Below are positions 43,595-56,500 of a DNA stretch of 64,000 bases, in pieces (position 1 is the stretch's first letter; the number at the start of each line of letters is the position of its first letter). Under the pieces are notes generated by a model that was not told the DNA's origin, searched no databases, and saw nothing but the letters and a program-made list of their open reading frames with translations. Both the position numbers and the translations under genes were made by a program. The stretch lies in assembly GCA_965112735.1 (NCBI GenBank), contig OZ218963.1, positions 2,294,001-2,358,000 of the forward strand. The letters are read 5' to 3'. Origin of the DNA: Phaeosaccion multiseriatum. Its lineage: Eukaryota; Protista; Ochrophyta, other classes.

Positions 43595-46500
43595 TGTTGT
43601 GATAAGTATCGCCATTTGTGACTGAGCACTATATCGACGTACAATATCGATGTGGATATCGATGTTCATGTATGGCCACGGCCATCACTTCCTTGAACGC
43701 ATCTCTCAGTAGGTATTATTAATACACGAGTTGACACTACTCTAGCTTGTCCCTGTCATCGTAGAGGAGATATCGCAACACGACAGCTGTCGCGACACTT
43801 CACAGCTAGCTGGTTCTACGTAGTCGGCGACGGCACACAGGCGAGTTTTGGTCGGATAACTCAAGTGAGAGAGAAGGAGTCCTTTCGTTAGCCATGCCAG
43901 GCGCGGAAGAAGAAGGCGTTGAAAAGGCGGACGCAGCGGCGCCCGTCAGTGCGAGTTCCGCGATAGAAGGAGACGCACAGCAGCAGATGGCTGAAATGAT
44001 GGAAAAGATGATAGCGGCAGCGTTGGCCAAACACATCACACAGCAAGGAGTGCCCACGGCAGCGGCCGCAGCACCAGTCACTATCTCCTCAGTCGGAGGA
44101 ACAGTGACCCCCAGCGGGGGGGGGAGTACAGCACAGCAGCTGCTAGAACTCACGTTCAAGCCGAAGAACAATGAGTTTGACAAGAAGTTGGAATCGGAGG
44201 GAGTGATGCCTCTCTTGCGATTTATGCGAGCGGTCACGGATCACATAGGGGGGATGGGGGCAAAGGCATTCTTGGTGGATAGTGATAAGATCCCCAACGC
44301 AGACGACGCCTCCCGGGACTCTAAGTATGCCCTGACGTTCAGTCTGTACCAACAGACGGGCCTCAAGATTTTGGAGGCCATTCCCTCGGACATGAGGGAT
44401 GCCATAGAAGAACGCACTCGCACAGCGCGGTTCCAAGTGGACCTGGTACTATTGATGCAGGCAATCAAGGAGGCAGTGATGGGGAGCACGCAGTCACAGC
44501 GACAAGAGTTTCTCACCTCCGAGATGCACGATCTGAGGCCAGGGGTGGGGGAGACGGGACTTGCCTACCTCAACAAGTTTCTCCAACTCAACGTGTTGAT
44601 GACGGAGGAGCAGCTTCCTATGTCCTACTCCATCATCAAGGACAAGTTCCTCAGGCGTATGGGGCAGAGATGGGAGTCGTTCGGCCAAGTGCACGGTCAT
44701 TCGGTAGAGACAGAGGACGAGTTTAATCGGTTCAAACAGCAAGTGCAGCGGTTTGACAGTGACCTCCAAGCGCAAGCGAGGGAGGCGGGAGAGGACCTTG
44801 AGCGGGGCCTTTTCCACATTTACCAGCAAAGGCAGAAGACACAGCAACCAGCAGGGGGGTAGACAGACCACCACAGGGGCAGGAGAGAAAGATCGGTCCA
44901 ACACACGCTGTTACAGGTGTGGGAGAAAGGGGCACATGCGGACGACGTGTCCGTCCAAGGAGGAGCTGTGTTTCAACTGCCACAAGCCGGGGCACCAGCG
45001 TGCAGACTGCCCAAACAGCAGGAAGAAGAAAGATGGCGAGCATGTGGAAGGCTCCACCAGCGCCATTTTCAGCATTCCGTGGACGCTACAGGAGAGGGGG
45101 AGCGGCCATTCTCTCTACCATATGTCCAAGCTGAAGTCGGGGGCGGATGGCACACGGCAGGGGCTCGCAGACAGCGGATCGGCGCTCAATGTGTGGCCCA
45201 ACTTGGATGGACTGTACGATTTCTGCGCTCATCAGAGTTTAGTGCAACTCGCAGACGGCAAGTCGCACGCGCAGATAATGGGCAAAGGGAAGGTGAACAT
45301 CAGCTACGTCTCCAACGACGGCAAAAGAGGACTGAAGGGGCTGGAGGTAGTGGTGTCGCCAGACGTACCTTTCTGCATTTTTGCAGAGAAGAACCTCTCA
45401 GACCTACTGGGGGGAGCGCAAGGCCAGCGGGGAAGCCAGTCTATTTCGGCCCCTCAGCAGACGCACCAGAGACGGTGCACACGACGCAGGACCCAGAGCT
45501 GGGGCTTGACATGCTACAATTCAAGATCGAGGAGGCCACGGAGCAGTGGAGTGATTACATGACTTACCACTGCAAGAAGGGCCACCGCAACGATCAAGAA
45601 CTACGGCGACAGGCCAAGCTGGAGGGCGTGACACTGTGCGGGAAGAGGGCGCCGTGCAAGACTTGCGCAGAGGTGAAGATGACGAAGGCAGCTCAGAGTA
45701 AGCAGTTCATCGACTACCCCAAGGCACCGCTGGCACAGGTAACGCTCGACACCATTCCTCTCGAAGGAGAGCACGTGTTGCAGGCGTGCTGCCCGCACAC
45801 GGGTATGGGCTGGTGCAGGAAGGTGGGGGGAAAGACGGAGGCGCACTTCCAGAGCGTGTATGACGACCTCAACACCACAGTATTCATTCCAGGGGAGAGG
45901 ACAGCGGGGTACAAGGTGCAGTGTCTGTCAGCAGACAACGGATCGGAGCTCATCAAGACGAAGGCAGCGAAGAAGATGCTCTACTCCCAGGGCATTGAGG
46001 TCAAGCTGACGGACCCCAATTGTCAAGCGCAGAACGGACTGAACGAGGCTCGACACAAGGAGCTGGCGCGAATGTCTATTCTTTTCATTGAGGAGGCGAA
46101 GCTGGAGGAGCACTCGAAGCAGCTGAGGTTCGTAGCGTACAAGTTGGCGCAGCTTCTCTACAACACCAGGTGCAGGAGGGGGCAGCAGCAGTCCCCCTAC
46201 GAGCTGTATTTCAAGCGCAAGCCTGACCTACAGCACCTACACATCTTCGGAGAGCAGGCGAAGGTGCGGGTGGGCAACAAGAAGCACAAGCAGTGGCACA
46301 ACGACAAGACGCACTCGGCAGTGTACGTGGGACAGAGCCCCAACCACAGATCAGCCTGTCTCCTTTTCTACATCCCTTCACAGAAGCGGTTCATCTCCAG
46401 CTCGTCCTACACATTCGTGACGAACCGCAGACACGACGGCACGGTGTTCGGGAGTCACGTGGAGAAGGGGAAGCTACCAGAGACAGCGGAGAAGGAGGAT

Positions 46501-47813
46501 GACAGCGAGGACGAGGACCAGCCCTCGAGCAGCGGGAGCAGCAGCAGGAGCAGCAGCAGGAGCAGCAGCAGGAGCAGCAGCAGTAGCGCGAGCGGGGAGG
46601 TGGGGGCGGGACCAAGAGTGGAACCGTCACATGGAACACGAGATTAGAGGAGGCACAGCCAGCCCCACAGCAGCAACAGACATCACGCTGGGAACAGGTT
46701 CTCACCCGAGAGTTCGTGGAGAAGTTACAACTCGAAGGAGAAGGCCTGGAGCGACGTCAGCACGCCGAGCGGCAACAGAGGGAGCAGACGGCAAAGCAGC
46801 AACAGAGAGAGCAGCAGAAACAGCAAGTAGAGCAGCAAGAGCAGCAGCAGCAGCAGGCAGAGCAGCAACAGGCAGAGCAGCAGCAGGAAGAGCCAACGCA
46901 GCAGGCTGAGCCGCCAGAGAGAGGCAAACTCTGGACATACGAGGTGGCCAAAGATGGCGACAAGGGAGCCAAGGAGCACGACTGGGGCCACGATCCCAGC
47001 CTGGGCCGCACGCGTAGCGGCAAGCACTGACATGCTGTCTCCTCCATACTAGGCCCACTCTTTCTGATGCCAGGCCTAAAGGAGAGCGAGGTACCGATAC
47101 CGCGGTCTCTGGCCCAGGCTCAAGCAGGAGAGTACGCGGAGCAATGGACGGAGGCGTACTGGGCAGAGCTCAACGCGATCGAGCAACGCCAGGTATGGGA
47201 GGAGGTTGATTATCAAGAGGGGATGAATGTGCTGCATACAGTCATGCTATTCAGAGCAAAGGTGACTGGGGGACTTGTGGATAGGCTCAAGTGTCGATTT
47301 GTCGTGATGGGGAACGAGCAGATCGAGGGGGAGGATTACTTTGATACCTTTGCACCAGTGGTGGGGAGCTCGACGATGAAGATGTTCTTTGCTATCACGT
47401 GCCAGAAGAAGTGGGTATTGGAGTTTGCAGATGTGGAGACGGCTTTCCTGCATGCACCTCTGCATGAGGGGGAGTACGTGTACATTAGAGCACCAGAGGG
47501 CATGAGAAAGTTCGGGAAGGTGCTGAGGCTGTTGAAGAGTCTGTACGGTCTTCATCAGTCTCCCAAGAGGTGGAACGAGACAGTGGTGGCATTTCTACTC
47601 GCAATGGGGTGGGTACAGTGCCCAGTGGATCCGTGTCTGTTCGCCAGGTTCGAGGAGGGGGAGCTAATAGGGCTCATCATTCTATATGTAGACGACCTAG
47701 GAGGGTCAGGGGAGGGAAATCTCATTGACTGCACTTTCAAGGAGATTGACGAGCGTTTCAAGTTGAAGCGTTTGGGGTCGAATGTGGGGAAATTTCTGGG
47801 AGTTGAAGTGGGA
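43595..47813 (+). mobile_element. Element C2: Ty1/copia, 3'-truncated, with frameshifted gag-PR-IN and partial RT
   Basis: 5' LTR 43595-43780 (family of C1); gag 43894, two CCHC knuckles, ADSGS, SADNGSE, QNGLNE, RT to YVDD..FLGVEV, then directly the B 3' LTR. Confidence 0.9.
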
Positions 47814-48011
47814 TGTTGGAAGGCCTCAGAGTGAGAAGGACCATAAGTCAATGGTCGGTGTGTCCTATATTACGTAGATTCTGAGTGGAGGAGGACGTCA
47901 GAACGGTGATCTTGGTATAAGGAGAGCCTAGCAGATGCAAACGGGTCCCATCCCGTATAATATATCAAGGGTTACCACTTGTCTAAGCGGCTTAGGTCGC
48001 TTTTACAAAGA

Positions 48012-48801
48012 CCAGAAACGTGAGGGACAGCTCGAGGTGCAGGAGAAGCGGGAGCAACTGCAATTGGAGGAAGAGAAAGAGATGCAGCTGCAACTGGAGA
48101 AAGAGATGGTGAAGCAGCAGCTGCAGTTGGAGGATGAGAAGGTGAAACAACAGTTGCAGCTTGAGGAGCTGAGGTCTCAGCAGTTGCTGCATGAGAAAGA
48201 GGAGAAGGTCAAACAGCAGTTGCAGATGGAGAAGGAGAAGTTGAGACAGCAGCAACAGCGCTCACAGCTGGAGAAGGCGGAGCAGTTGAACGAGCAGTTG
48301 CAGCTGAGGGGAAAGGAGGAGAGGACGCCCGATCAGCAGCAACTGCATGAAGACGCGACGCCGAAGAAGCAGATGCAGCTGTTGGTGAAGGAGGAGCTGC
48401 TGCAACTGCAAGAAGAAGAGGAGGATGAGGAGCTAAAGTTGCGGTTGGGGAGGGAGGAGTCAACACAACTGCAGCTATCTCCGCAGGCGGTGCAGCTGAA
48501 ACGACTTCAGCAGGAGACCGAGTGGCGAGGATTTTTGCAACTAGGTGTGGAGGAGGAGGAGGACAAGGGAAGATCCGCTGAGCGGGAGGAGCTTCACCTG
48601 TCTTTGGGCCTGCCGATGGTGGACGAAAACGGGCCTCAACGCTTAGGTCAGCTGTACCCTGGGCGGCTGACACCAGCTGGAATTGGTACGGACAACTGTC
48701 ACCCGTCCGTCGATGTTGGATCGTTGTCACCGGTCGCTTTTACAACTGGGCTTGGGGAAGGAGTGGTCGACAGCGCAGGAGCTTATGGACCGGTATGGTA
48801 A
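48012..48801 (+). pseudogene. Element A ORF2 C-part, Gln/Glu/Leu coiled-coil
   Basis: In frame with 7843-8267 after removing element B. Confidence 0.6.
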
Positions 48802-48977
48802 CAGTTAGGAGAGCTCATCGATTATTATGAGTTGTGGACCAGCGTCAACACCAGCCTTGTCGAGTGCATGGGCTGGGGGGACGTCAATGAATACGTGGAG
48901 GAGTTGACGGACAGAGTTACTGAGATTCAGCAGATGGCAGCGGATACGTTGCCCCAACTAGCGGACATTCACAACAG

Positions 48978-49844
48978 ATGGCGCCAGGGGAGGTACCGGA
49001 GTTTCATTGTGGTGATGAGAATGGGGATAAGGTGTGGGTACATCGGTATCGCCAGCGTACAGGGCGCAAGGCCAAACTTGATCCTGTGCGTTGGTTTGGT
49101 CCGCACCGAGTGGTTCAGCGGTTGAGAGAGGGAGGAGCTACTTATTCCTGCAAGAGACTGTCTCCAGAGCTACCTAAGGTAGGCTGGGTACACGGGAATC
49201 GACTTCGGAGGTACACGGGCGACGAGGAGGAGATTCCAGCTGCTCCTCCCGTCCGAGTACGGCCTCTCTCTTCACATCAGACGGAGCCAAGGGAGAGGAG
49301 GCAAGGGGTTGAGGGAGAGCAGGGAGCACTTTCTGCGAGAAGACAGCAGGTGGTTCAGAGGGGACAGAGTGGTGCTTCACAGCAACAGGAGCAGGGAGGG
49401 GCAGCTGAGGACGGTGATGGTGTGCCTCTTCCACATACTGTATCTCGGGTCTCGCAGCTGACGAGGGAGAGACAATACCAGCGGGGAGTGGTGGTGTTGG
49501 TACGAGGTTCGGTGTGGGGGGATGCTTGGGCGACACGGGCTTGGCCTTGTCTGGTGGTGCATGTGCAGCCTGATCGTTCGCTTGAGCTTGTCCCTCTGGA
49601 TTTTCGTGTAGGGCTCACAGGACGTGAGGCTCTGCAGCATCTAGAGGGAGTGTTTCGTGGGTACCCTCGGCGGAATGGGCGGTTTAAGGCAGATCAGAAG
49701 TGGTTCATCAATCAGCGACTCATTCAATTCGACCGCTTGACTCCGCCGATGTGGTGGGCTGTGACCCCGAGTTTGGAGGAGAGCAGCTGTGGACCTAGCT
49801 TACTTGTGATTGGAGGGAGACGCGAGAGGCTGGGGCCCCTCTAG
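48978..49844 (+). pseudogene. Element A integrase C-terminal remnant plus unknown domain
   Basis: GDKVWV..KLDPVRWFGPHRV..VHGNRLRRY is a GPY/F-type integrase tail; catalytic core absent. Confidence 0.65.
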
Positions 49845-51097
49845 CATGGCGGTGTTTATCTGCACGCGAGGATGAGCGTCGGTGACTAGTAGAACCTTCT
49901 GGTGAGTAGGTATCTACGACTGTAGCTGTGGGCGTGTGCTAGAGGTGTTGGTTGTTCTCTGGGTATTGGGGTTGCGGGATTTATCTTTCATATAAACGGC
50001 CTTGGGTTGGCTGGACATGTTTTCTTTTCATATAAACGACTGAGTGTGTCGGACTTGTTTGCTTTCATATATTTAGAATGTCAGTGACGTATTGAGCCTT
50101 TGATTGGTTGCCTCCACACAGAGTGTCTCGGCAAGGGGGGATCTGTGGTGGAGGTGGGACAGGCTCAATTACGTATTATTAGGTATGCAGAGTAGGAAAG
50201 GAAGCGGGACGCGGCCTTTTTGAGAGCCTGGTTGGCCCCTCCGCACTCCTGAACCCGTATAGACCAAGTGGATAGCTCTCCTTTAAACAAGGAGGCTGTC
50301 CAGGGTCTTAGGGTGGGATAGTCCTTATTATCAATACACTTGGTGCTAGCATTGGTATCTTCTCCCCATATTGGGACCGGAACGCAGCGCTCAGCTTGGG
50401 GGTACCTTCTTACTCTTAGGCAGAGGAAGGTAGCGGCCCCACAAGACTATGGCTTGAGGACGGGAAGAGAGGTAAAAAGAGGGCAGAGCCCCGCTCCCCC
50501 CTCGATCATTTGCTCTCAGTCAAGGATCTTTTGTTGTCGGAAAGGGGAAGGGGAAGGTGGATTAGGAAGGCATGGCTGGAGAACGGAGCATTAGGAGGAG
50601 CAGGGCTGGCCCTTTCTCGTGTGTGCTGTCTGGGTCTAGGTCGATATCGATACTTGCCCGGGGTTAAAATAGGGCTATGTCAGTATTGGTGTCAGGACCC
50701 TTTTCTAGATTGGTCCTTTGGACTTCCACTTTCTTTCTTTTGTTCAACAAGGTACCTTGCTCGAGCTACAAGATTATAATAGAGGAGGCTTCACACATCG
50801 GGCACAGAGCCAGTGGAGTATTCTCTAAACCCCTTGTAGAGCTTGTGGGCACAGCATAGTTTAAACTTAGCTTTAGTAGAGGAAGAAAAGCTTGGAGCGG
50901 GTGTCAAGCAGTGCGGAGCTGTAGCCAAGCTCTTAGGTGAGATGCTAGCGCTCAGTACTCGAAGGAGAGCCGGCAAGCGTCCTGTGCGGACTCGCCGAGG
51001 AGGCTGGAGAACGCAGGCGGTGCGCTAGCGCTCACCGGAGAGGCAAGTAAATCATGGCGGAAGCGGAGGCTCGTAATCGGGTTGCGGACGTAATTGT

Positions 51098-51703
51098 TGT
51101 TGGAAGGCCTCAGATGAGATGGGCCATAAGTCAATGGCCCAGGCCCAGGCAGATGCGGTGAGAACGGGTGGCGTGGCTCTCACTATCCTATGTGCGTAGG
51201 TGGTCGTTTAGGACTAGAAGCTCAACAAGACGAGAGATCACGCTTGAGGCAGCGGGCAGTAAAGAGACTATCAATACGGGCACAGAGCGACGGTCACAAC
51301 AGACGCGGCATATATTGGCCCAAACCCCTGAGCTGCCTATACTGTTTGTAGCTTTAGCACATTAGTGGGCATTGGAGACAGAGCATTATATGAGAGCACT
51401 GTGCTGCAGCGGCGCGGCTTTCGCGTGTAGCAGTGAGAAATTACTGCGACACGGAGCTTGGTTGGCGACAGAGAAGGATACTCGCAAGGCTGCTTTAGGG
51501 AGCGACTGTCTGGGTGCCTTGTAGGCACACCAGCAAACACTTTAGCAGTCCGCACTAGTGGTGCGCAGTGAGGCTTTGGCAACACTGGTGGCGAGGAGGA
51601 GTGGAGACAGATATTGCGCGGGTGAGTTTGAGTCATGGGATCTTCTCATCCGTGAGTCTTTACACTAATCCGTTTCGTGGAGGTCTAACCACGACCTTTC
51701 ACA
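51098..51703 (+). mobile_element. Degraded mosaic element J (LTR related to B/H/I, internal region related to H)
   Basis: Begins TGTTGGAAGGCCTCAGA like B, continues like H/I LTR; 51450-51655 matches H internal; 51670-51703 matches the I LTR end. Confidence 0.65.
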
Positions 51704-51837
51704 CGCGGCAACGGTGTATGTTAGAAGTGGCCTAGGCTAGTTGGGGTCCCTTGGGGACCCAAGCAGTAGAAGCAGTAGAAGTGAACGGCCGCGGAAACTG
51801 GCCAATACGGTAAATCGGTAAATCAGCGCTTGGGCTG

Positions 51838-51882
51838 TGTTAGAAGTCGTACTTTTGCTAGACTGATACCTGCCCTCTGAAT
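51838..51882. repeat. Half hairpin of family K, broken at the palindrome centre
   Basis: TGTTAGAAGTCGTACTTTTGCTAGACTGATACCTGCCCTCTGAAT then unrelated sequence. Confidence 0.8.
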
Positions 51883-53540
51883 AAACAGCTGGCTTCCGGG
51901 TGCTTGTTGGCTTCTGCTTAGCTTCTGCTTGGCTTCCAGTCTAGCTGTCGGTAGTTTCGACAACCCGGAAGATCCGAAAGACACTGAGGCTGACAACCGG
52001 GAGATAAAGACATTTATGTGTGGCCGGAGGCTTGCTTTCCGCTGTCAGCTGTAAGTTTTTAACAGCTTTGCGACCGGGAGCTGCCTATGGCGGAGGATGG
52101 GACGGATCTACTGCACCTTGCTGCTGAGGGAGACAGTTTTTCTAATGCTGCTGTTCCCTCTGCCTGCTGCCGCGGCCGTCACCGCCAGTCCCGGTGCGGT
52201 GGACTGGTTGAAGCAGCGCGTAGCGGCATTCTGCGTGGATGGGAGCGACTACGGCCGCACAGATTCGGGCCGGTTTGGTTTTCCGTTGTTGGACCCGAAG
52301 CAGCCGCCCATTCGGAGTGCGGCACGGCGCTACCCTCCTCTCCGGTACGCCGCGGTATTGAGATTGAGTTGAACAAGATGTTAGCAGCAGAGATCATCAG
52401 GCCCAGCACAGCAGCCTGGGCCACTCCTCTCATGGCCGTGCTGAAGACGGACGAGCACGGCAACACCAAGTGTCACGAGGACGGCACTCCGATAGTGCGG
52501 ATGACGTGTGACCTGTCGCAGCTCAATGACGCGTGCCGTACGGAGGCGCCCGCCATGCCAGTGGTGGATGATTTGCTGGCGGAGATGCAGGGGTCTACGG
52601 TCTTTTCGGTGATGGACATCATGTCAGGTTACTTCAACGTGCCTATGGCCACTAAGGAGGACGAGGACGACATCTCTACCTTTGTCTGTCACAGTGGCAC
52701 GTACGCCTGGAGGGTTATGCCACAAGGCGCGAAGAATGCTCCAGCCACGTTCGTACGACTTATGAACACGGTTTTGCAGGGCCTACAGGCGTTTGTGGCG
52801 TGCTTCGTGGATGACATTGCGGTCTTCTCCGCCACGGTGGATCAGCACATCGGCCGGTTAGACCAAGTCCTCGGCAGGATGGTGCAGCACAAGCTCAAGC
52901 TGGCGCCGAGCAAGGTGGTACTGGGGGCACCGCAGGTGCGCTTCTGCGGGCATTTGGTGGATAGTGAGGGGGTGGGGGCCGATCCAGCCAAGTATGCAGC
53001 AGTTCGAGCGCTGGCCAAGCCCACCGCGCAGCCGGGCAATCAGGTGCGACAGGTCAGGCGCTTTGTAGGCATGCTCAGCTACTTCCGCAAATTCATTCCG
53101 GAGTTTGCCATGAAGGTGCGGCCGCTCAATGAGCTCTTGCGCAAAGGGGTGGATGTGCGGGCAGCATGGGGGCCGAAGCACGACGCGGCGTGGGAGGGGC
53201 TCATCGAGGACCTGCTACGCTCTCCAGCATTGGCCTTCCCTCATTACGGCTCGGAATCGGTGTTCACGCTCAGCACTGACGCTTCAGCAGAAGGCTTAGG
53301 GGGTGTGCTGTCGCAGCGGGATGCCGAGGGGGTGGAGCGAGTCGTGACGTTCATCAGTCGTGCCACTACCCCTACGGAGGCGCGGCTCGGCAGTACGGAG
53401 CTCGAGCTCTTGGCGGTGGTTTGGTGTGTGCGCAAATTGAGCATGTACATTTGCCACCATCCCTGCACGGTGGTGACGGACCACCAACCCTTGCTGTGGC
53501 TGGCGACGCACAAAGACACCAACTCAAAGCTATTTCGGTG

Positions 53541-56500
53541 TGTGGAAAGTCGTGCTTAGACCTCCACGAAACGGACTAGACACACAGATAAGGTAGCAGC
53601 ACCCCAAAGCTAGCCTGACAGCCGGCCTTGTATCTATTAGCTTATCTATGCACTGTCCTAAACGACCACCTACAGGAGGATAGTGAGAAACGGGCACCGT
53701 TTCTCACTGCGTTGCCTAGGCCTGGGCCACTGACATACGACTGACTTTCCACATCCCCGTCAGCCATCCCTGCACTTCTAACACTCCCCTGACAAGACTG
53801 TTGCGTGTCCCCACGCAACTCAAGCGTTTTCACCTACTGAAACTACACTGTAGCAAACCCCTTTATGCTGCTTCCAAAAAAACCGGATGAGAAATATGCA
53901 AAACTCACCCACCAGTGTGTGACGTGGCACTCCACAGGTCACCCTGCCACACACCTGCCACGGCAGGGTGAGAAAGCCCAAGGCCTCAAACTCACCCTCC
54001 GTGGCTGCGCACGGCTGCGCTAGCGCTGGCTCGTCCCCACCGTCACCTGCTGTCCCAGCGTTGCAACCGTACGAGGCACTCCATGCGCGGCCTGCTCCGT
54101 CGCCAGCAGCTGGGCCGCCTTCTCGTCCATCAGCTTCTGCAGCCGCGCCTGCGCCGCTTCCACTTGCTGCATCCGATCCTTCAGAGAGAGAGGAGGCCGG
54201 TCCAACCAGGCCGGACGATCCGCTGCAATCTCCTGCTGCCACCGGCGCTGCCTTGCCGGATCACACTTCATCGCGTCCATCTCCTGCTGCCACTGGCGCT
54301 CCTCCTCAAGCTGCCGCTCTGCCGGATCCCTGACCCCGTCGGGCCTTACCTTGCGCTTCTTCGACCGCCGCCCCCTCCTCTTTGGCCGCGCACCAACTTC
54401 GGTAGTGGAACCAAGACCACTGAGAACGCCATTCACCCGCACTACAGGCTGAGCCACAGCCCGCAGTGCGTCCTCCCGCTCTTGCCAGTCCCGCACTTGC
54501 TGTACCCGCGTGCTCTCCGCTTGAGCCTGCGTGTGTACCTCTTGCAGCTTGCGCTGAGCTTCCTCAGCCAAGGCAGCTTGTTGCGCCTGCTGCCGTCTCT
54601 CTTTCTCCCCGACGCGGCGCCTCTCCACCCGCTCCTGAGCCGCACACACACGCGCCCGCTCCAACTGTTCCTCCTCCAGCCAAACAGACTCGCGCTCCTG
54701 CCGCTCCCGCTCGAGGACCGCAGCAGACACTGACCCCTCTGCAAGCGTGACGCCAGCCTGCTCTACCTGCTCCTCCTGAGCCTGCGCTTGCGCCACCCGA
54801 AGCCGAGACTGCGCCGCGGCCGCCACCGTCAGCTCTAGCGTCTGCAACTCCTTCGAGGCTCTGCGCTGTGCTGCCTGCCCTGTCGTCGTCACGGCCTTCA
54901 CCAGCTGAGCAAGGACGCGCTTGTATTGCTCAGTGCGCTGCACAAGCGTCACCACCACCTGGGAAGCTGTACCCAAGCCGTACCGCTTCCCTGCATCCAC
55001 CATCTTCCTCACCATGGCTCCGGTGGTCGGTTCGGTAGGGCAGCGAGAGAGACAGTGCTCCTTCTTGCAGTGAAAGCACGAAAAGACTTGCCCTGCCCCA
55101 CAGTCGACCTTAGATCGTTTCTGCTTGCTGCCCGACCCCACCTGTGCAGCAGCTACCTGCACCTCCGACTGCTGCCTTGGATCCCGACCCAATAGCTGGC
55201 CCAGTAGCACCGGAAGTTGTGGAGTCGTGCACTGAAAGGATGACTACCAATAGCAATAGACCCTACCTGCACATAGCAGGAGGTCAGTCGCTATCCACCA
55301 GAGGTGGAGCACTCGTGAGAAAACGAAAGGACGAGAGATGAAGTAATATTTTAGGAGATGGAAAGAACTAAAAGGAAACTGAAACTGAACGAAGAAACTG
55401 AAACTATGAACTGACGACATTTGTGAGCATACCTCCACAGTCCCCCCTTTGAAAGCATGTGTGCATACGCAGACATGATAAGGAAAGAGAAAGAGATGAA
55501 CACAAATAGGAGGAAAGGAAGTAAGGAAAAGAGGGAAATCCACACAGACTGGCTACACCGACTTGGGAACAGAACAGATGGAGGGAAAAGCTGCCTCACA
55601 CAAGGGGGAGGGAAAAAGCGGCCACACAAACAGTCCAGAAACACCAGAGAGTAGAGAGAATTAGCCCTAGCTACACCGACTTGGGAACAGAACAGATGGA
55701 GGGAAACGCTGCCTCACACAAGGGGGAGGGAAAAAGCGGCCTCACAAACAGTCTAGAAACACCAGAGGGTAGGGAGAATTATTTCAGGGCACATTGGTAC
55801 TCAGAAGGTATAGGAAAGAGTCCGAGGGAAACAGAAGAAGATTAGAAGTGAGGAGAGTAACGGTCACGGAGAAAGGTGACAGTACGTTCCGACGCCTGAC
55901 GCGGAGGGCCGGTGGCGCCGTCTTTGATGTGCTGCGTCGCTGCTGCCTTACCAAGGGCCTCTTGGATATTAATGCCGAGCTCCTTCAGGGTGGCGCGGCC
56001 CACGGTAACCAACTTGGTCATGTCGTTATCCGTGATGGCATAGCTGATCTTGGGCACCAAGAGAGGGCCCTGGAAGGTGTGAAGAATGAGGTCCAAAGGT
56101 GGAGTACGCCGCTTGTAGGAAAACATGTTGGGGCTTGAGGCCGGCAGCGAGGCCTCCGCTGATTGCAGAAGCTGTGCCTTCTACCCATTCGTCCGCACTC
56201 TCGTTGTAGACCACGGCGAGCTGCCCACATTTATCCAGCGCCGAAAAGAGCTGCACAATCTGCTGCTGGCATCGATCCACTGCGGCCGCTCTCTGACTGG
56301 GATCGGCCAAAAAAGGCTGGATGTAGACCTCGATGCTGGAAGAGCCTACCGCGGGTGGTGTACAGCCTACCACCGGGTGTTGTAGTGGCGAGACGGACAT
56401 TGGTCGCCGCTGAAATTGGAAAGTGTATGAAATGTACTATCCGGTAATAACTAGTTATTGTGGAGTCGTGCACTGAAAGGATGACTACCAATAGCAATAG

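Larger units (their letters stand above)
8268..48007 (+). mobile_element. Element B: Ty3/gypsy LTR retrotransposon fragmented by at least seven nested insertions
   Basis: LTRs 8268-8467 and 47814-48007, TSD AAGA; gag-PR-RT-RH-exonuclease-IN order recoverable after removing inserts. Confidence 0.9.
6203..50443 (+). mobile_element. Element A: outermost non-autonomous gypsy-type LTR element
   Basis: LTRs 6203-6497 and 50144-50443 (TG..CA), TSD AGAC both sides, PPT AAGGGGGGA before the 3' LTR, integrase C-terminal remnant 48978-49844, no RT of its own. Confidence 0.9.

Noticed and set aside
44850-46650. Programmed frameshifts in C2
   Set aside because: Three shifts in a truncated element, some near G-runs; decay or sequencing error is simpler
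50448-51097. Possible additional LTR/leader after element A
   Set aside because: No second copy, TSD or recognisable domain within the window
52087-52340. Novel N-terminus on the 490-aa RT ORF
   Set aside because: Arises from a frameshift and a junction with unrelated sequence; not a real gene start
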